64,000 nt of DNA, taken from Basidiobolus meristosporus CBS 931.73 (taxonomy: Eukaryota; Fungi; Basidiobolomycota). Location: assembly GCA_002104905.1 (NCBI GenBank), contig MCFE01000051.1, positions 62,001 to 126,000 of the forward strand. Reading direction: 5' to 3'. Below are positions 26,361-39,249 of this stretch, piece after piece. The translations under genes and the position numbers were made by a program. The notes beneath the pieces were generated by a model. The model saw only the letters and a program-made list of their open reading frames with translations. It was not told the DNA's origin and did no database searches. The first letter of the stretch is position 1. Each line of letters begins with the position of its first letter.

Positions 26361-26399
26361 CATAGTTGTCTAGCAAGTTGCAAGGCAGACAGAATGTTG

Positions 26400-26810
26400 C
26401 TTCTTCATCATCTAAACTAGCTTTGGTACTGTAAGCTGTTCTGCAACTGTCTCCATTCTGGTAATGAGTGGGGGCATATGATTATAGGAGTTTCCCCAGA
26501 AAGCAGGTTGCAGTTTAAAGCTTGTACCTGGCAGATGCAGCTTAACAGTAGTACTACATCAAGACTAGGACAGCATCCATTATTGGCTGACCTAGTTTCT
26601 TCACCTGGCAATGAGTTTGTACTTGACAATCTCAATGTATTTGCACCTCCACATAAGCAGACACTACTACAAAGTAAGCTGTACACTCAGACAGAGAGGA
26701 ATGGTACATGGATACATATATAAGTGTAGACATCTACTTGATAGAACAGACACCCTTGATTTAGTTGAAAACTTTTGTGATAGGTTAAAACAAAGAACTT
26801 GCAAGTAAGT
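26400..26810 (+). mobile_element. Decayed gag fragment related to Gypsy-B
   Basis: GVSPESRLQF..NEFVLDNLNVFAPPHKQTLLQSKL resembles Gypsy-B gag [34 protein letters not shown]. Confidence 0.65.
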
Positions 26811-26911
26811 GAATTAAATAAAAGCCCAGACTATTGAAGGAGTCATCAAGATAGCCTTTGACTATGGCTTGGCTGTATATGGAGTTGCAAAGCCTCCAGT
26901 GACTACTCAGG

Positions 26912-29900
26912 CTTTGAGATACTTTGGCCTGTTCCTCTTTACATCTGTTCCAGCTGCTGGTGTCTGCTTGGCTGACTGAGCTCATCTTCTAAGGTGTCTG
27001 TACACCTTGGTTGTGTGAGATCTCCTAGCATCCTTGGTTCACATTCATACAATCAGCAAGATGACAATTGTTAGGTGGTGTTGTGTACTCTAACTTGGCA
27101 TATAAAAAGTGTTTGGTATAAATATTCATCCCCTCTACTGACACCTCCATTTGTATACTTGGCCAGCAATATTCCGAATAATCCATTAAACCACTCAGTG
27201 ACTCCATTATTTTGAGGGTAATATGCCAACATTTTCTAGTGTCTGATGTGTTGCATTTCCAGGTAAGTTTCACCTGTCTGTACCATAAAGTTTGCTCCAC
27301 TACTGGATAGAATCTCTGCAGGGCATCCAAACTTCATAAGGATCTCAATGTAGACAAAACTTGCAACTTCTTGTGCACTGGCTACTGGTACTGCTTTAGC
27401 CACTGTCCATTCAGTGGCATGGTCAATTGCTACTAAGATCCAACAGTTGAATTTCCTGGTAGTTGGCAGTCTACCAAAAGAGTCAATTCCCCATCTTTCA
27501 AATGGTCATACAGGCTCCAATTCTCTGTGGTTAGCCTTTGTTGATTTGGCAATTTGGGCATGTTTCCACTAGCTTCTCAATGTCTAGTTTGATTCTGGGC
27601 CGCCATACTCTGGCTTTCACAAGGCTGTAAGTTCCTTCAATTCCAAGATGTCCATATTGAGTGTGTAGCTTATGTACTAAATACTGGTAAGCAACATATG
27701 AGCAATAGGCAATAAGGCTTCCATCAACAACTTGGTATAGTGTCTTATCCTGTACTACAAATTTGCTGGCTCCATCCTGAATGCCCCTTCTTGATCTCTT
27801 CATCCACCTCATTAGGAATGGCTTGGTCCTCCAAGTACTTTGGTAAAAGGATAGGCCAATCTGATTCATTCACCAAGATGAGTTGTGCAACTTGTTTTAG
27901 TCCAGATAAGGCATCAGCCGCCGTGTTGTTTTTCCTAGGGCAGTAGACAATCTCCAAATCAAGTTGTTGAATGCATTCACTCCATTTTGTCATTCTTTTA
28001 GAGAGTACCTTTTGAGTAAATATAGACTTGAAAAAGGCATGATTAGTCTCCACAGTGCATTTGACTCCTTCAATATAGCATCTCCATGTCATCAAGTAGT
28101 GTATAATAGCAAGCATCTCCTTCTCATGCACCAGATAGTATTGTTCTGCTGAGCTCAGTTTCTTGGATTCAAAGGCAACCTGGTAGTCCTTTCCCTTGTG
28201 TTCATGGCTCAACACTCCATCACTTTCATAATCTGAAGCATCTGTGCACATAGTGGACTTTTCTCTGAAGTCAGGTAGTCTTAAGCTTGGCAGCTTAGTA
28301 AGTTTGTTCCTGAGCATCTGGAAGGCAGTCTGACAAGCTATGTACCACTTGTAGGTATTGTCTTTCTAGCAGATATCAGATATAGGAGCTGCAATACCTG
28401 CAAAGGACTTGACAAATCTCTAATAATAGGAAACCATTCCAAGGAATGATTGGAGTTCCAATATGTTCTGAGGCTGCTTCAGATTCCTGATAACTTCAAC
28501 CTTCTCAGGGTCTAAGGCCACTCCTGTGTTAGTCACTATGTGTCCCAGATATTCAACATGTTCTTTGAAGAATTCACACTTGGGTAGGTTGCCATATAGA
28601 CTATTCTTGCTTAGCTTCTTCAAAACCTTTTTAATGTGCACCAAGTGATCCTCTTCTGTCTTGCTCTATATCAATATGGCATCTAGGTAGATTACTACCA
28701 ACTTGTCTAAGTACTCTTGGAAGAGAGTCTGTATCAGGGTCATGAATGTTGCAGGGGCATTGGTGAGGCAAAAACTCATGACTAAGTACATGTAATATCC
28801 ATATCTGGTCCTGAATGCTGTATTGGGGATGTCTTCTGGCTTCACTCCAACCTTGTTGTATCCTGACATGAGGTCAATCTTGCTGAATATAGTGAATGCA
28901 TTGAGTTGGTCCAAAAGCTCATCAATCCAAGGTATGGGATACTTATTCTTCACAATAGCATAGTTGGGGGTTCTGTAGTCAATGCACATCCTAAGTGTTA
29001 TTACAAGAACAAGGCCAAACTTGCAGTTCCCAAATATATAGGCCTGTAGGTCTACTTCATAGTCATTGATCTTCATTCTTACTGGCTGAGTAATACGGTC
29101 AATTATGTGAGAGTTCCCATCAGCTGTTGAGACTGAGGTTGATTTGGTAGGTTCCAAGTTGATCCCAGCCTTCAAAGCAAGTTGCTCTGGTATGTACTCA
29201 TGCAAAGCTCTGTAGTCAATCATGATCTTGGCAGGTACTGCATTGATACTCCATTCAAGTATAATAGCTTTTTGGAATTTAAGGTCATTTTGGATAGGTA
29301 TTCTTCTGTCATATGGATGGTGAGTTCTGTGTCTTCTTCAAGTTCATCCTCCATGTTACTATGCTCAAGGGCTTCAATATGCTGAAGGTTCTTGATGGCT
29401 GGTGTCCATTTCTTCTCTAAGGGCAGTACTTTGCAATATGTCCCTGCTGGTGGCAACTGAAATAAAGTCCTTTTTTCTTACATTCTTCTGAGGTAGGATT
29501 CTTCTGCATAGCATCTATTACCATTGGCACTGCTTCTGATTGTCTTCTTTCATAGTGATTGCAGCTTCTCTGGTAAGTCATTATGGGCTTTCCAGCTCCA
29601 AACATAGCTGAGTTGTGGTCAATGGCAATCATGATGGCTTGTTCAATAGTCTGAGGTCTTTGTTAATTCACTTCCTTAGGAGTTTTTCTTTCAACCCATT
29701 GATAAAGTATTCCACTTGATCCAGAGGGTCCACTCTTTCAACTTGTCCAAGTAGACATCTATATTCATAGATGTACTCTTGGACCATTCCTTTCCGTCTG
29801 AGTGTCTTCAACTTTCTTCTTAGTAGTATCTGCTGGTGTGGAGGTTCAAAAGCATACTGAATTTCCAACATAAACTCATTACAGGTAGAGATTGTAGAGC

Positions 29901-30658
29901 ATCCCATCATGGTGGCTGACCTGATCTTGTTGTGTTACCACTGTAGAGCTGCATATGCCAGGTAAGAGGCTGCATAATGAAACTTGCTTGCTGGAGCAAT
30001 TCCCTTAGCCTTGAAAGCTTCATCAAACAGGAGGAGCCAAGTTCCTAGGTTTTCATTGACTCTACCATGGTACCAGTTGACCTTCACACTAAAGTTGCTC
30101 TTGACAGGGTTTTGCTGGCTTTGGGCCATGGTACTAATTCCTTGATGCTGCTGGCTAAGGATCTGGAGTAACTGTTGCTGTTGGGCCACAATTTGCTGCA
30201 TGGCATTCTTCCATTCTGGATTTTTGGACATTTTGAGGGAGCCTTCTTCTTTCTTTACAAGGGAGGTTTCTGGTTATTGCTGCTATCAATGTTGCAAATC
30301 TTGATATTAGAGTTGTATAGGAATAGGGAGTTTAGCTAGTATTGTTTTCACTAAAACTTGAACTGGTTTCTATTGAGGCTCCATTAGCCCCTTATATACA
30401 TTTTGCTAAAGCTATTGCTGACTAATTGTATTTCCTAATGTTGGTTGTGGCTGATGACTCATTTGATTGCATCCTCATCAACCATTAAGATCCTACTTGA
30501 TATATCTATTCCTGTTTGATAAGGATTTGCTGATTTATTTGCTAACTAATGCTACTGATTTGATATATAACACTGATGTACTGAAAGGCTAAATATAAAA
30601 CTAATTGAATTGACTAAAAACTGATCTAACTTAAAAATTCATGTGGTAGATCATTACA
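26912..30658 (-). mobile_element. Gypsy-B copy 2, 3'-truncated
   Basis: 5' LTR 30290-30658, PBS, gag, protease (IDYRALHEYI..FGLVL), RT, RNase H, part of integrase; no 3' LTR. Confidence 0.93.
30290..30658 (-). repeat. Gypsy-B LTR (copy 2)
   Basis: Reverse complement of the 10394-10761 LTR, with the PBS adjacent. Confidence 0.93.
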
Positions 30659-31701
30659 CTCTGAACTATAACCAGATTTCTCTGGGCCATCACATCAATT
30701 CTATCAGCCACTGCACCTTATTGCTCTGTTAATGCCTTGGTATTGGCTGACAATGTACTTGCTAATACAGGTGGTGGTGAAGTTTTGATGGCCACTTGCT
30801 GGTCCTCAACTGGAGGTACTGGTTTTGCTACATTCACCTATAGCTGAGCAATTGAGTCAGCTTGTGGCTTTGCACTGATCCTCAGATGCCTTCCTTGACC
30901 AAGTGCCTGAGGAGTCTACATTATTATCTTCAGTGGGCACACTGCCAACATGATCTTTTTTGAATGTAGCACTGCTTGTTGCACTTAATGTCAGAGTAAG
31001 CTGTTGTCCAACTGTTCTTCTGCTACTGTCAACAATGGGATTTGGTTGGTAACCAGACAACTTTGCTTAATTTTTTGGTAGCATATATAGGAAGGTGAGT
31101 CATGCCCAATAGGCAATAGTGCTGTACATACATGTGCATGTGGTGCCACAGCTTTATTAATAATGCTCACTAAGGTGGATCATCATTGAATATTAATATA
31201 TATAGGTGTACTGTCTCAACTGTTTGACTTTCTTAAAATCACCTGAATATAGACAAAAAAGTGATATGGTTGCATTTCATTGTGGAGTGACAAGCATTTG
31301 CCCATGGACTATACTTATTTCTATTAAAACTATAAGAGAAGGGAAAAGCAACCATGTAGCTATTGTAACAAGTCTCTCAGCCATGAAGCATGTTGACAAG
31401 ATAGGAAGTATTACAAGGTTCCTTGCCAATGCTTTGCCACACATGTAATATTTGAGCTTTCATCAGTAACTATGGTACCAGCAATATCCTGTAGGCCACT
31501 TGATACTGCTATAACAGCCCCTAGTTGCACTTGTCACCTTTTGCAAACTGAGTCAGGGGAGTTTGTAATGCTTTAGGACTCACCTCAGCCTTCTAGATAT
31601 TTTTCCCACTGTGATAGCTCTGAAGAACATGATTCACTAATGAATTGTGAGCCTATCTTCCCTCATAATAGTATCCCGCATGAGCCTGGCCAAATCACAA
31701 T

Positions 31702-32435
31702 AGACTTGTTCCGTTGGATAGTGCCACATTGAGCCATGAGTGCCAAATGATGCCATAGTGTGCCAGAGAGGCCAAGTGAGCCTATACTTGGCCACAGAGT
31801 GTGAAACATAGCTCTGCATCTTCATGTAAAGCAGCCCCTGTGTTTCACCCATTGCGCAGGAGAAAATCCATTTTTTGACCTTTTTTTGTGGATCAATGTA
31901 ACTCAGGATGTGTAAGAGCACAGGAGAACTGAAGATATGCATCTGGTACTCAATACCCATGGCACTCTGAATCTAACTCCTGTAGCTTGTATCATGTCAC
32001 AAAACTGGATGGCACTATCTTGGTCCACTGGAACCATATGGCACTATAAGTGCTTTGTATAGATCTTACTTTAGGGCTAATATTTAAATATAGTGCCAGA
32101 TAGTACCAGTGGACCAAGATAGTGCCATTCATTTTTGTGACATGATACAAGCTACAGGAGCTAGATTCAGAGTGCCATGGGTATTGAGTACCACATGCAT
32201 ATCTTTAATCTGCTTGTGCTCTAACAAATCCTGCACAACATTGATCCAAAAAAAAAGGTCAAAAAATGGATTTTCTCCAACACAATGGGTGAAACACAGG
32301 GGCTACTTTGCATGAAAATGCAGAGCTATGTTTCACACTCTGTGGCCAGGTAGTGGCTCACTTGGCCTCTCTGGCACATTATGGCATCATTTGGCACTCA
32401 TGGCTCAATGTGGCACTATCCAACGGAACAAGTCT
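31702..32435. mobile_element. Foldback (hairpin) element, copy 2
   Basis: Arms 31702-32048 and 32089-32435 (347 bp each); outer 56 bp perfectly inverted (AGACTTGTTCCGTTGG...); AAT on both flanks; absent from the CACTA copy at ~41780. Confidence 0.93.
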
Positions 32436-32884
32436 AATATGTAATGAGGTGACACCTGCAGAATAAAATGCCAAGGATACTCCTAGGAGCCAAGTGAGGG
32501 CTAGTAATCCATATACTGGTGAATGATGCAATGTTGTGGCTAAAGAAGTGGGGACTTCCATCAATATTAGTAGTGTGGGCTATGCGGATTTACTACTACT
32601 TCTTTCCAAAATCATTCCAGGATGCAGCTCACCATGTATAAGGTGCAAATGAAAAACCTTCATGCAGCTGGCAGCACATGGCCCAGCAACTCTCCTGATA
32701 CCAGCATATATAAACTGTTGCATGGCATTCACATTAGAAAATGTCACCATTGTAAGGTGTCCTACTGGTCAAAAGCTGCTATTACAGGAGTGAACCCTCA
32801 TTTACACTCCAGACATATTCCAGTAAAACCCTGTCTAAAAAAATTCATACAGTCCCACAACTTTTGTAGACATATAAAGTACTG

Positions 32885-33254
32885 TGTTATGATCTACTGC
32901 TTGAATATTTAAGTTAGATCAGTTTTTATTCAGATCAATTAGTTATATGTTTAGCCTTTCAGTATATCAGTGTAATCTATCAAATTAGTGCCATTAGTCA
33001 GCAAATGAATCAGCAGATCTTTATCAGACAGGAAGAGATATATCAAGCAGGATCTTAATGGGTGATGATGATGCAATCAAATGAGTCATCAGCCACAACC
33101 AACATTAGGAAATACAATTAGTCAGCAATTGCTTTAGCAAAATATATATATAAGGGGCTGCTTGAACCGCAATAGAACCAGTTCAAGTTTTAGTGAATAT
33201 GATACTAGCTAAACTCCCTACTCCTTTACAACTCTTATTCCAAGACTAGTAACA
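32885..33254 (+). repeat. Gypsy-B solo LTR
   Basis: TGTTATG...GTAACA; ACTG duplicated on both sides; empty site aagtactgcactcag at ~42218-42232. Confidence 0.95.
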
Positions 33255-34949
33255 ACTGCACTCAGTATTAATTAAATGCAAGCATATCTGATATATTTGA
33301 TGCCATGTCAAGAACTGCTGTCAAGTAAGGGTTACTCTGATGTTATGTGGGACAATGCCATAACCTTGGCACCTGATGAATTCTTGCTGAACAAATACTC
33401 TACCATCAAACCCTGCTTGCCACTGGTTCCCATCAACTAGAATATGCTACCACTCTTGTAGTATTGGAGTAAAATCTGATGGTAGTTTCACTGATATCTG
33501 GGCCTAAATCATTGTCCAACCTGGATAGCTACCTGTATGCTAAAGCAAGAAGGAATCTGTGGGAGCAAAAGCTTTCCACCAGGGCCAATGCATTTGCTCT
33601 TCAATAATATCCTTATGCTAATGACCAAGTTGTATATCAGGCATTTCAGGCTAAATAGGTCCTTTGAGATACCTGAATATTCTGAGCAATATGGAAAGAA
33701 ATTGCACAGTATTGGCTACCTAAAGTATTTCTCATAATGTCTAATTAATTTTATATCCATATGCAGCAATGCAAATATGAAGACTTGATGAGCTTGATAT
33801 GTATTTATTCAAGTGGTCTTCAAAAGCAATTTCTATCTGGAATACATTGGAAGCATTGTAAGTCATATGCTGACATTGTAGGAATATTTATCCAGAAGCA
33901 GATCACCAATGACAACTTGACATATCCACAGCCATTCTGCAAGGAGTATATATTGGTATTTGTGACAGAATTTGAGCTGCTATATTTCAAGCATAAAGCC
34001 AAATGTGTAGGTCTCTCCAACTATTGAATCCATTCTCAACTCCATCTTCCTTTGTGTGTGCAGAATACAGGACCTAGCTTCACCATATCTGAATTTCCTA
34101 TGTAGCTGATGTGTGGCAGCATGGGAAGACAAGTCAAGTTGCAGGTACTACCATAACCCAATCCCACCAAGAATACAACCTTCAAGTCCATCATGGATGT
34201 GATGAGTTGCACATGGAGGATGTCCAGACAGAGTGGGAAATTACTGTGGACAGATGCGCACATGGAGACACCAATGCATTTGGCATTTAGAAGCTAAGCA
34301 GCCCCAATGCATAGGTAATTAATCAAGTAATGAAAAGTTTGGTTGGCCGCAAAAAGCTACTAGTTCCTAATAGGGCAACTTTACCAAAGTATGTCAGGTT
34401 TCTCCTGGGTACCAGCCAATTTCTAGACCATTCAATAAGAATTCAAACAAGCAAGAATCAGAGCATACCTATTGGGGGACTAAAATCTAGCAGGGAGTAG
34501 GAATATGTTGGCCAAGTACCAAGAAGTATTTTGTGGGTATTCAGGAGGTGTTTGTAGCAAAAGTGGTGGCAACAAAGCATATTCTTGAGATATGTAAAGC
34601 CTACCAGCAATCAAGGTATATGACAACTTTGCAAGTATAACACTGAAAAGCCATAAAGTTAGGATGATAGATGTGTATCAATTGCAGCATGTGTGTGCCT
34701 GTGTAGAGGTTAGTAAGCAGGAGACCAAATGTCTTACTTGATTCAAACCAAATATGGAGCACTTATGGTAGTAGTGGGTAAGCAAGTAAATTGAAGTGAT
34801 TCTACAATGAATTATATGAATGGCACAAGGGGAGGTAGCAAAAGGAAATACCATTTGGTGCATTGGTACAGTGGCATTAAACATTACTAGCTGTAGGCTA
34901 CCACACCGCCATTATAATGCTTATAGCAGATGCTATAGTGAGTGCACCT

Positions 34950-37136
34950 TTGGAAATTTCAAGATTCCAACTTGAATCTATCTTGCAATTCCAGGCTCTT
35001 GGCATTTGTTTGAGACCTTATAGAGACTTTTACTCTTGCAGACCAATAGGTGGTCATCTTGGTCAACAAACCCATCAGGCTTACCCATGTACATATTTTT
35101 ATCAAGTTCATCAATTAACAATGTGGTTTTTACATCCATTTGATGAGTAAAAACTTATATTAAGCTGCAATAGCCAACATTAGCCTGATACAGTCAAACC
35201 TGGCTCCCAGCACAAAGGTTTCAGTATAGTCTGGTCATTTTGATTGAGAATATCCTATGGCTACAAGTCTTGCTTAATACCTTCCAATTGTACCATCAGC
35301 CTTGTACTTTGTCTTAATATCCAAGCTACATCCAATTGATTTTTGGATTTTTGATATTGTGACTAAGTCCCAGGTTTGATTTTCATCAGGGCCTGAAACT
35401 CCTCAGACATTGCAGATCTCAAAAACTTTATCTGGGGACTATTAATAGCTTTCTTTACAGTCTGGGGCTCATCAATATGGACTGAATAGGCATAGGCTAA
35501 GTTTGCCCCATCATTGATATAAAGATTTGGGCTATATCTGGTCCAACTGAATTGCCTGGCTTGTAATACTGGAATGACTCCTTCTGGGAAGTCCCTGGGC
35601 ATGGATACAGGATTAACCACAGTTGTATAGTCCTCTGGAGTGAAAGAATATCATTGTTTTGCCCTGATTTACTCCTGACTTTTGGTGGATCTGGGATCAG
35701 ATTTTTGTAATCAAATGATGTCATTATTTATGAAAATCTTGACTTTTATTAAACAGCACATCTCTGGACTTGATCAGCTTCTTTGCCTTGGTAGTGTAGA
35801 GTCTGTATTCATACTATGTTGCAAATGGAGCAGAATCACAGAGTTCTGCACTATAACTCTTATATTTGAAATATACAGCTGTAGCAACTAATTCCACCCA
35901 AAAATCATAGTATATTTTTTAATAATGAATCATAGGTCTTACCATATCAATTATTGACCTGTATGCGCATTCTGCTACTCAATTTTGCTGTAGGGAGTGT
36001 GGTGCTGTAGTCTCTTGCTTTGTCCCATGAATTTTGCAGAAGTGGATGAGGAGCTTTGAGGTAAATTCTCCACAATTATCTGATTTTATATTCTTGATCT
36101 TTCTTATCAGTTTCTCTCTCCACCATGACTTTAAACTCCCTGAGCTCCAACAGAGCTTCTTCCATCTATTCCATGAAGTGAATCTATGTGTATCTTGTAT
36201 AATCATTAATAAAAGTGATTAAATACTACATCCATCCAAAGGCAAATACTCAAATTGATTTATACAAATCTCCTGTGTCAAAGCATTTGTGTTTCTTCAT
36301 TTAAGTAACTTTATTGGCACCCAGATATGATGAAATAAAATTCTACCTGTATAGACTCTGATATCTGATGCTTAAAGCCCCATCTTGATCAGTGATCCTG
36401 TGTCCAGAACTGTCAAAACTGAAACTGAGTCCTTCTGCAATGGCCTTGCTTACCAATAGTAGGTTCTTGACTGTTTCTAGTACATGGTGTACTTCTTTTG
36501 AAACAAGTGTATGGCCTCCTTCACTACTTCTAAGGTTTACATGAAAAGTTCCTTCTCCAACAGCATTGAGTGTTCTATCATCACCCATGAGAGCCTTCTT
36601 AATTGGAATTTCTTGCTATTGAATAAAAAGCTCATTTTGGTGTGTAAAGTGTTGATATGCTCCACAGTCAATATACCACTTCTGAGAATCCCTGTTTCTG
36701 GTCATATTTAGTGCAGATACAGTAGAGTATCTTCTGTTGCAGTCACATTCCCATACAGGTTTTTTCTGCAGATTATAACTCTTCTTAAGGCACTAGTCTG
36801 ATGCATATCCTCTCTATTGGCAGTAGTTGCAAAACAGGTTGCTGTAGCCTTTAAAGGGTCCTGAGTACCTTGTTTACAGGTTATCATTGCTTATTAACAC
36901 ATTTTCTTTTTCCTTCTTATTGGCACATGAGTTTCTTCACTCTTCATTCAAGAACTTTCCATATATATAATTTTAGGGCAAATCTTCAGTTCTGGACTCT
37001 AGGACTTATACAAGGCCCTGAAGCACATATGTCTGACTATTCAGGATAGTAAATATTATATCTTCATCAGTAGTTAGTACACCCACAGATTCCATCTCAC
37101 CAACAACAGGTTAAATCTGTTAATTAGATGTAGACT
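34950..37136 (-). mobile_element. Ty1/Copia relic (same family as Copia-3): gag to part of RT
   Basis: gag UBN2 and CCHC relic, protease WYIDCGAYQHFT, integrase KSDNCGEFTS..PHSLQQN, linker NLAYAYSVHIDEPQTVK shared with ~45400. Confidence 0.88.
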
Positions 37137-37244
37137 TCATTTCTTTGCCTGGTAACATTTTTGTAGTTTAGAATTTTTGTCCAAGATACACTTTCTTAGC
37201 AGCAGAACATGACTAGTAGGTGTCTTCAAATGCCTTTCATGCAT

Positions 37245-38769
37245 TTTGACATGAGTTGTTGTAGGAAAATTCTGCAAGTGGTAGCAGCTGGGTCCAGTTG
37301 TCTTGCTGATATTTGATATAGTACTGGAGGTGTTGTTCAAGAATCTGGTTAATTCTCTCCCTCTGACCATCTGACTAATGATGAAAAGTAGTTGAGAGCT
37401 TGACTGCACACCAAAATATTGCATGAAGTATTTCCAGAATTTTGATATGAACTGGGGTTCTCTATCAGATACAATGTTGCTTGGGATAACATGGAGCCAG
37501 AAAATGTTCTTGATTACTAGGTAAGTACTCTCCTTGGCATCAATATTCTTGGAGCCGGGAATGAAGTGAGCCATCTTTGTGAGTCTATCTGCCACTACCA
37601 GGACTGAATTAAATTGGTTAGACTCTGAGGTTGGTTATGAAGTCTATTGAAATTGACTTCCATTGCCAGTCAGGAATTGGCAAGGGTTGAAGAAGTCCAT
37701 ATGGCTGGTGTTAGGTAGATTTTGCACAATTACATGTGTCACAGGATTGAAGGTATTCCTTGACAAGGGATATCATCTTGGGCCACCAGAAGTCCCTCTT
37801 GATTGCATTTATAGTTTTGGCAGTACCAAAATGTCCTGCAGCCATTGCATCATGGCAAGAATGGATGATATCTAACTGGGTATCAAGGTGTGGGACAAGC
37901 AGTTGGTGCCGGTGATAGATGATGTCAATGACTAGATTTAGGTGCTGAAGGTTTGGGAACTTGGGCAGTGGGTGAGTGGGAGACTTGAGGCATTTCTTGA
38001 TTGTTGCCACTGTGGAGTTGGTGGCTTGGTTGATCTTGACTTTCTCAAGGACTAGAGGAGCTATAACACTGGAGGACTGAGTTGCAAGGAGCTCAAAATG
38101 TCTATTGTTGAGTATAGGGCTTTTCATTTGCCAACAGGCATCATCCCTTCTTCAAGGGAATGCTCCATCTTTCTAGACAGAGCATCAGGTTTTCCTTGTT
38201 TCACATCAGGTCTATAGGTGATGACAAAGTCAAGGCTAGACAGGATGAGGGACCATCTGGCTTGTCTCTGGTTCAATACTTTGAGGTGGTAAAGTACTCA
38301 AGGTTTGTGTGGTCACAAAAGATCTTTATCTTTTGAGCTGCACCATCAAGGTAGTGTCTCCATTGTTCAAAGGCAACAATGATTGCAAGTAGCTCCTTGT
38401 CATAGATATTATAGTTTACTTCAGCTGGAGTAAATTTTTGGGAATTGAATGCAGTAGGGTCTAGCACAATCTTATCATCATACCTGGAAAGGATGGCACC
38501 AAGGGCAAAGTCAGAAGCATCTTCTAGGTGAGCTTTGTCAAGGGAGTGGCTATCTTCAAGTAGTTGGCAATGAATCTGTGGTAGAAGTTGGCAAATCCAA
38601 AGAAGAATTGAACTTCTTTTACAGAACAGGGAGTTTGCCAGGATTGGATGGCTTCTATTTTGTTGGGGTTCATTCTTGTTCCATTTAAGCTTATAAGATA
38701 GCCTTGGAACTCAACTTCTTTCTGGTCAAACTCACATTTTTCCAGTTTGGCATAGAGGCCAGCAGTGTC
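37245..38769 (-). mobile_element. Gypsy-A chromovirus copy 2 fragment (RT end to integrase)
   Basis: Reverse-complement colinear with ~1640-3280; cut within RT by the CACTA-A left end. Confidence 0.92.
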
Positions 38770-39249
38770 CCCTATGAAAAATCATTGAGATGATTGCGTC
38801 AAAAGGCCATCACAAATATAAAGTCCTGTGACTAAGAGGTACTGATCTCACGGGGAAACTGTCCAAAGAGTGTTAAAAAATAATTGCACCCCAGATTGCA
38901 CAACAAACTTAGTCAAAATTATTCATTCCAACAATATATAAGTGGCTTTTGATTGGTTCCCTGCCAATTTGCTCACTTTTTGATCCCAGACACTCTATTG
39001 CCTCCTACGTTTGTGTGAATTGATTGGCTATTGACTCTTTTGCACACTCCTTACTTCCTGATTCTACCATTTTTCTTACTTTTCATGCATTCAAATTGAT
39101 TTATTTCTGTTGAAACTTCAGTTGTACCTCAATTGCCAATTATATTGACTTATACAAGTCTCTATACCCTACACTAACATTAAGCCCAACCCCATACTCA
39201 ACAAGTAATTCCATTAAAATCCACCACTCAATAAGTATTTCTGCTGTAT

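Larger units (their letters stand above)
30659..34935 (+). mobile_element. CACTA-family copy D (internal part), host of foldback copy 2 and the solo LTR
   Basis: Colinear with 40740-43490 and 3830-4900, with deletions. Confidence 0.85.
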
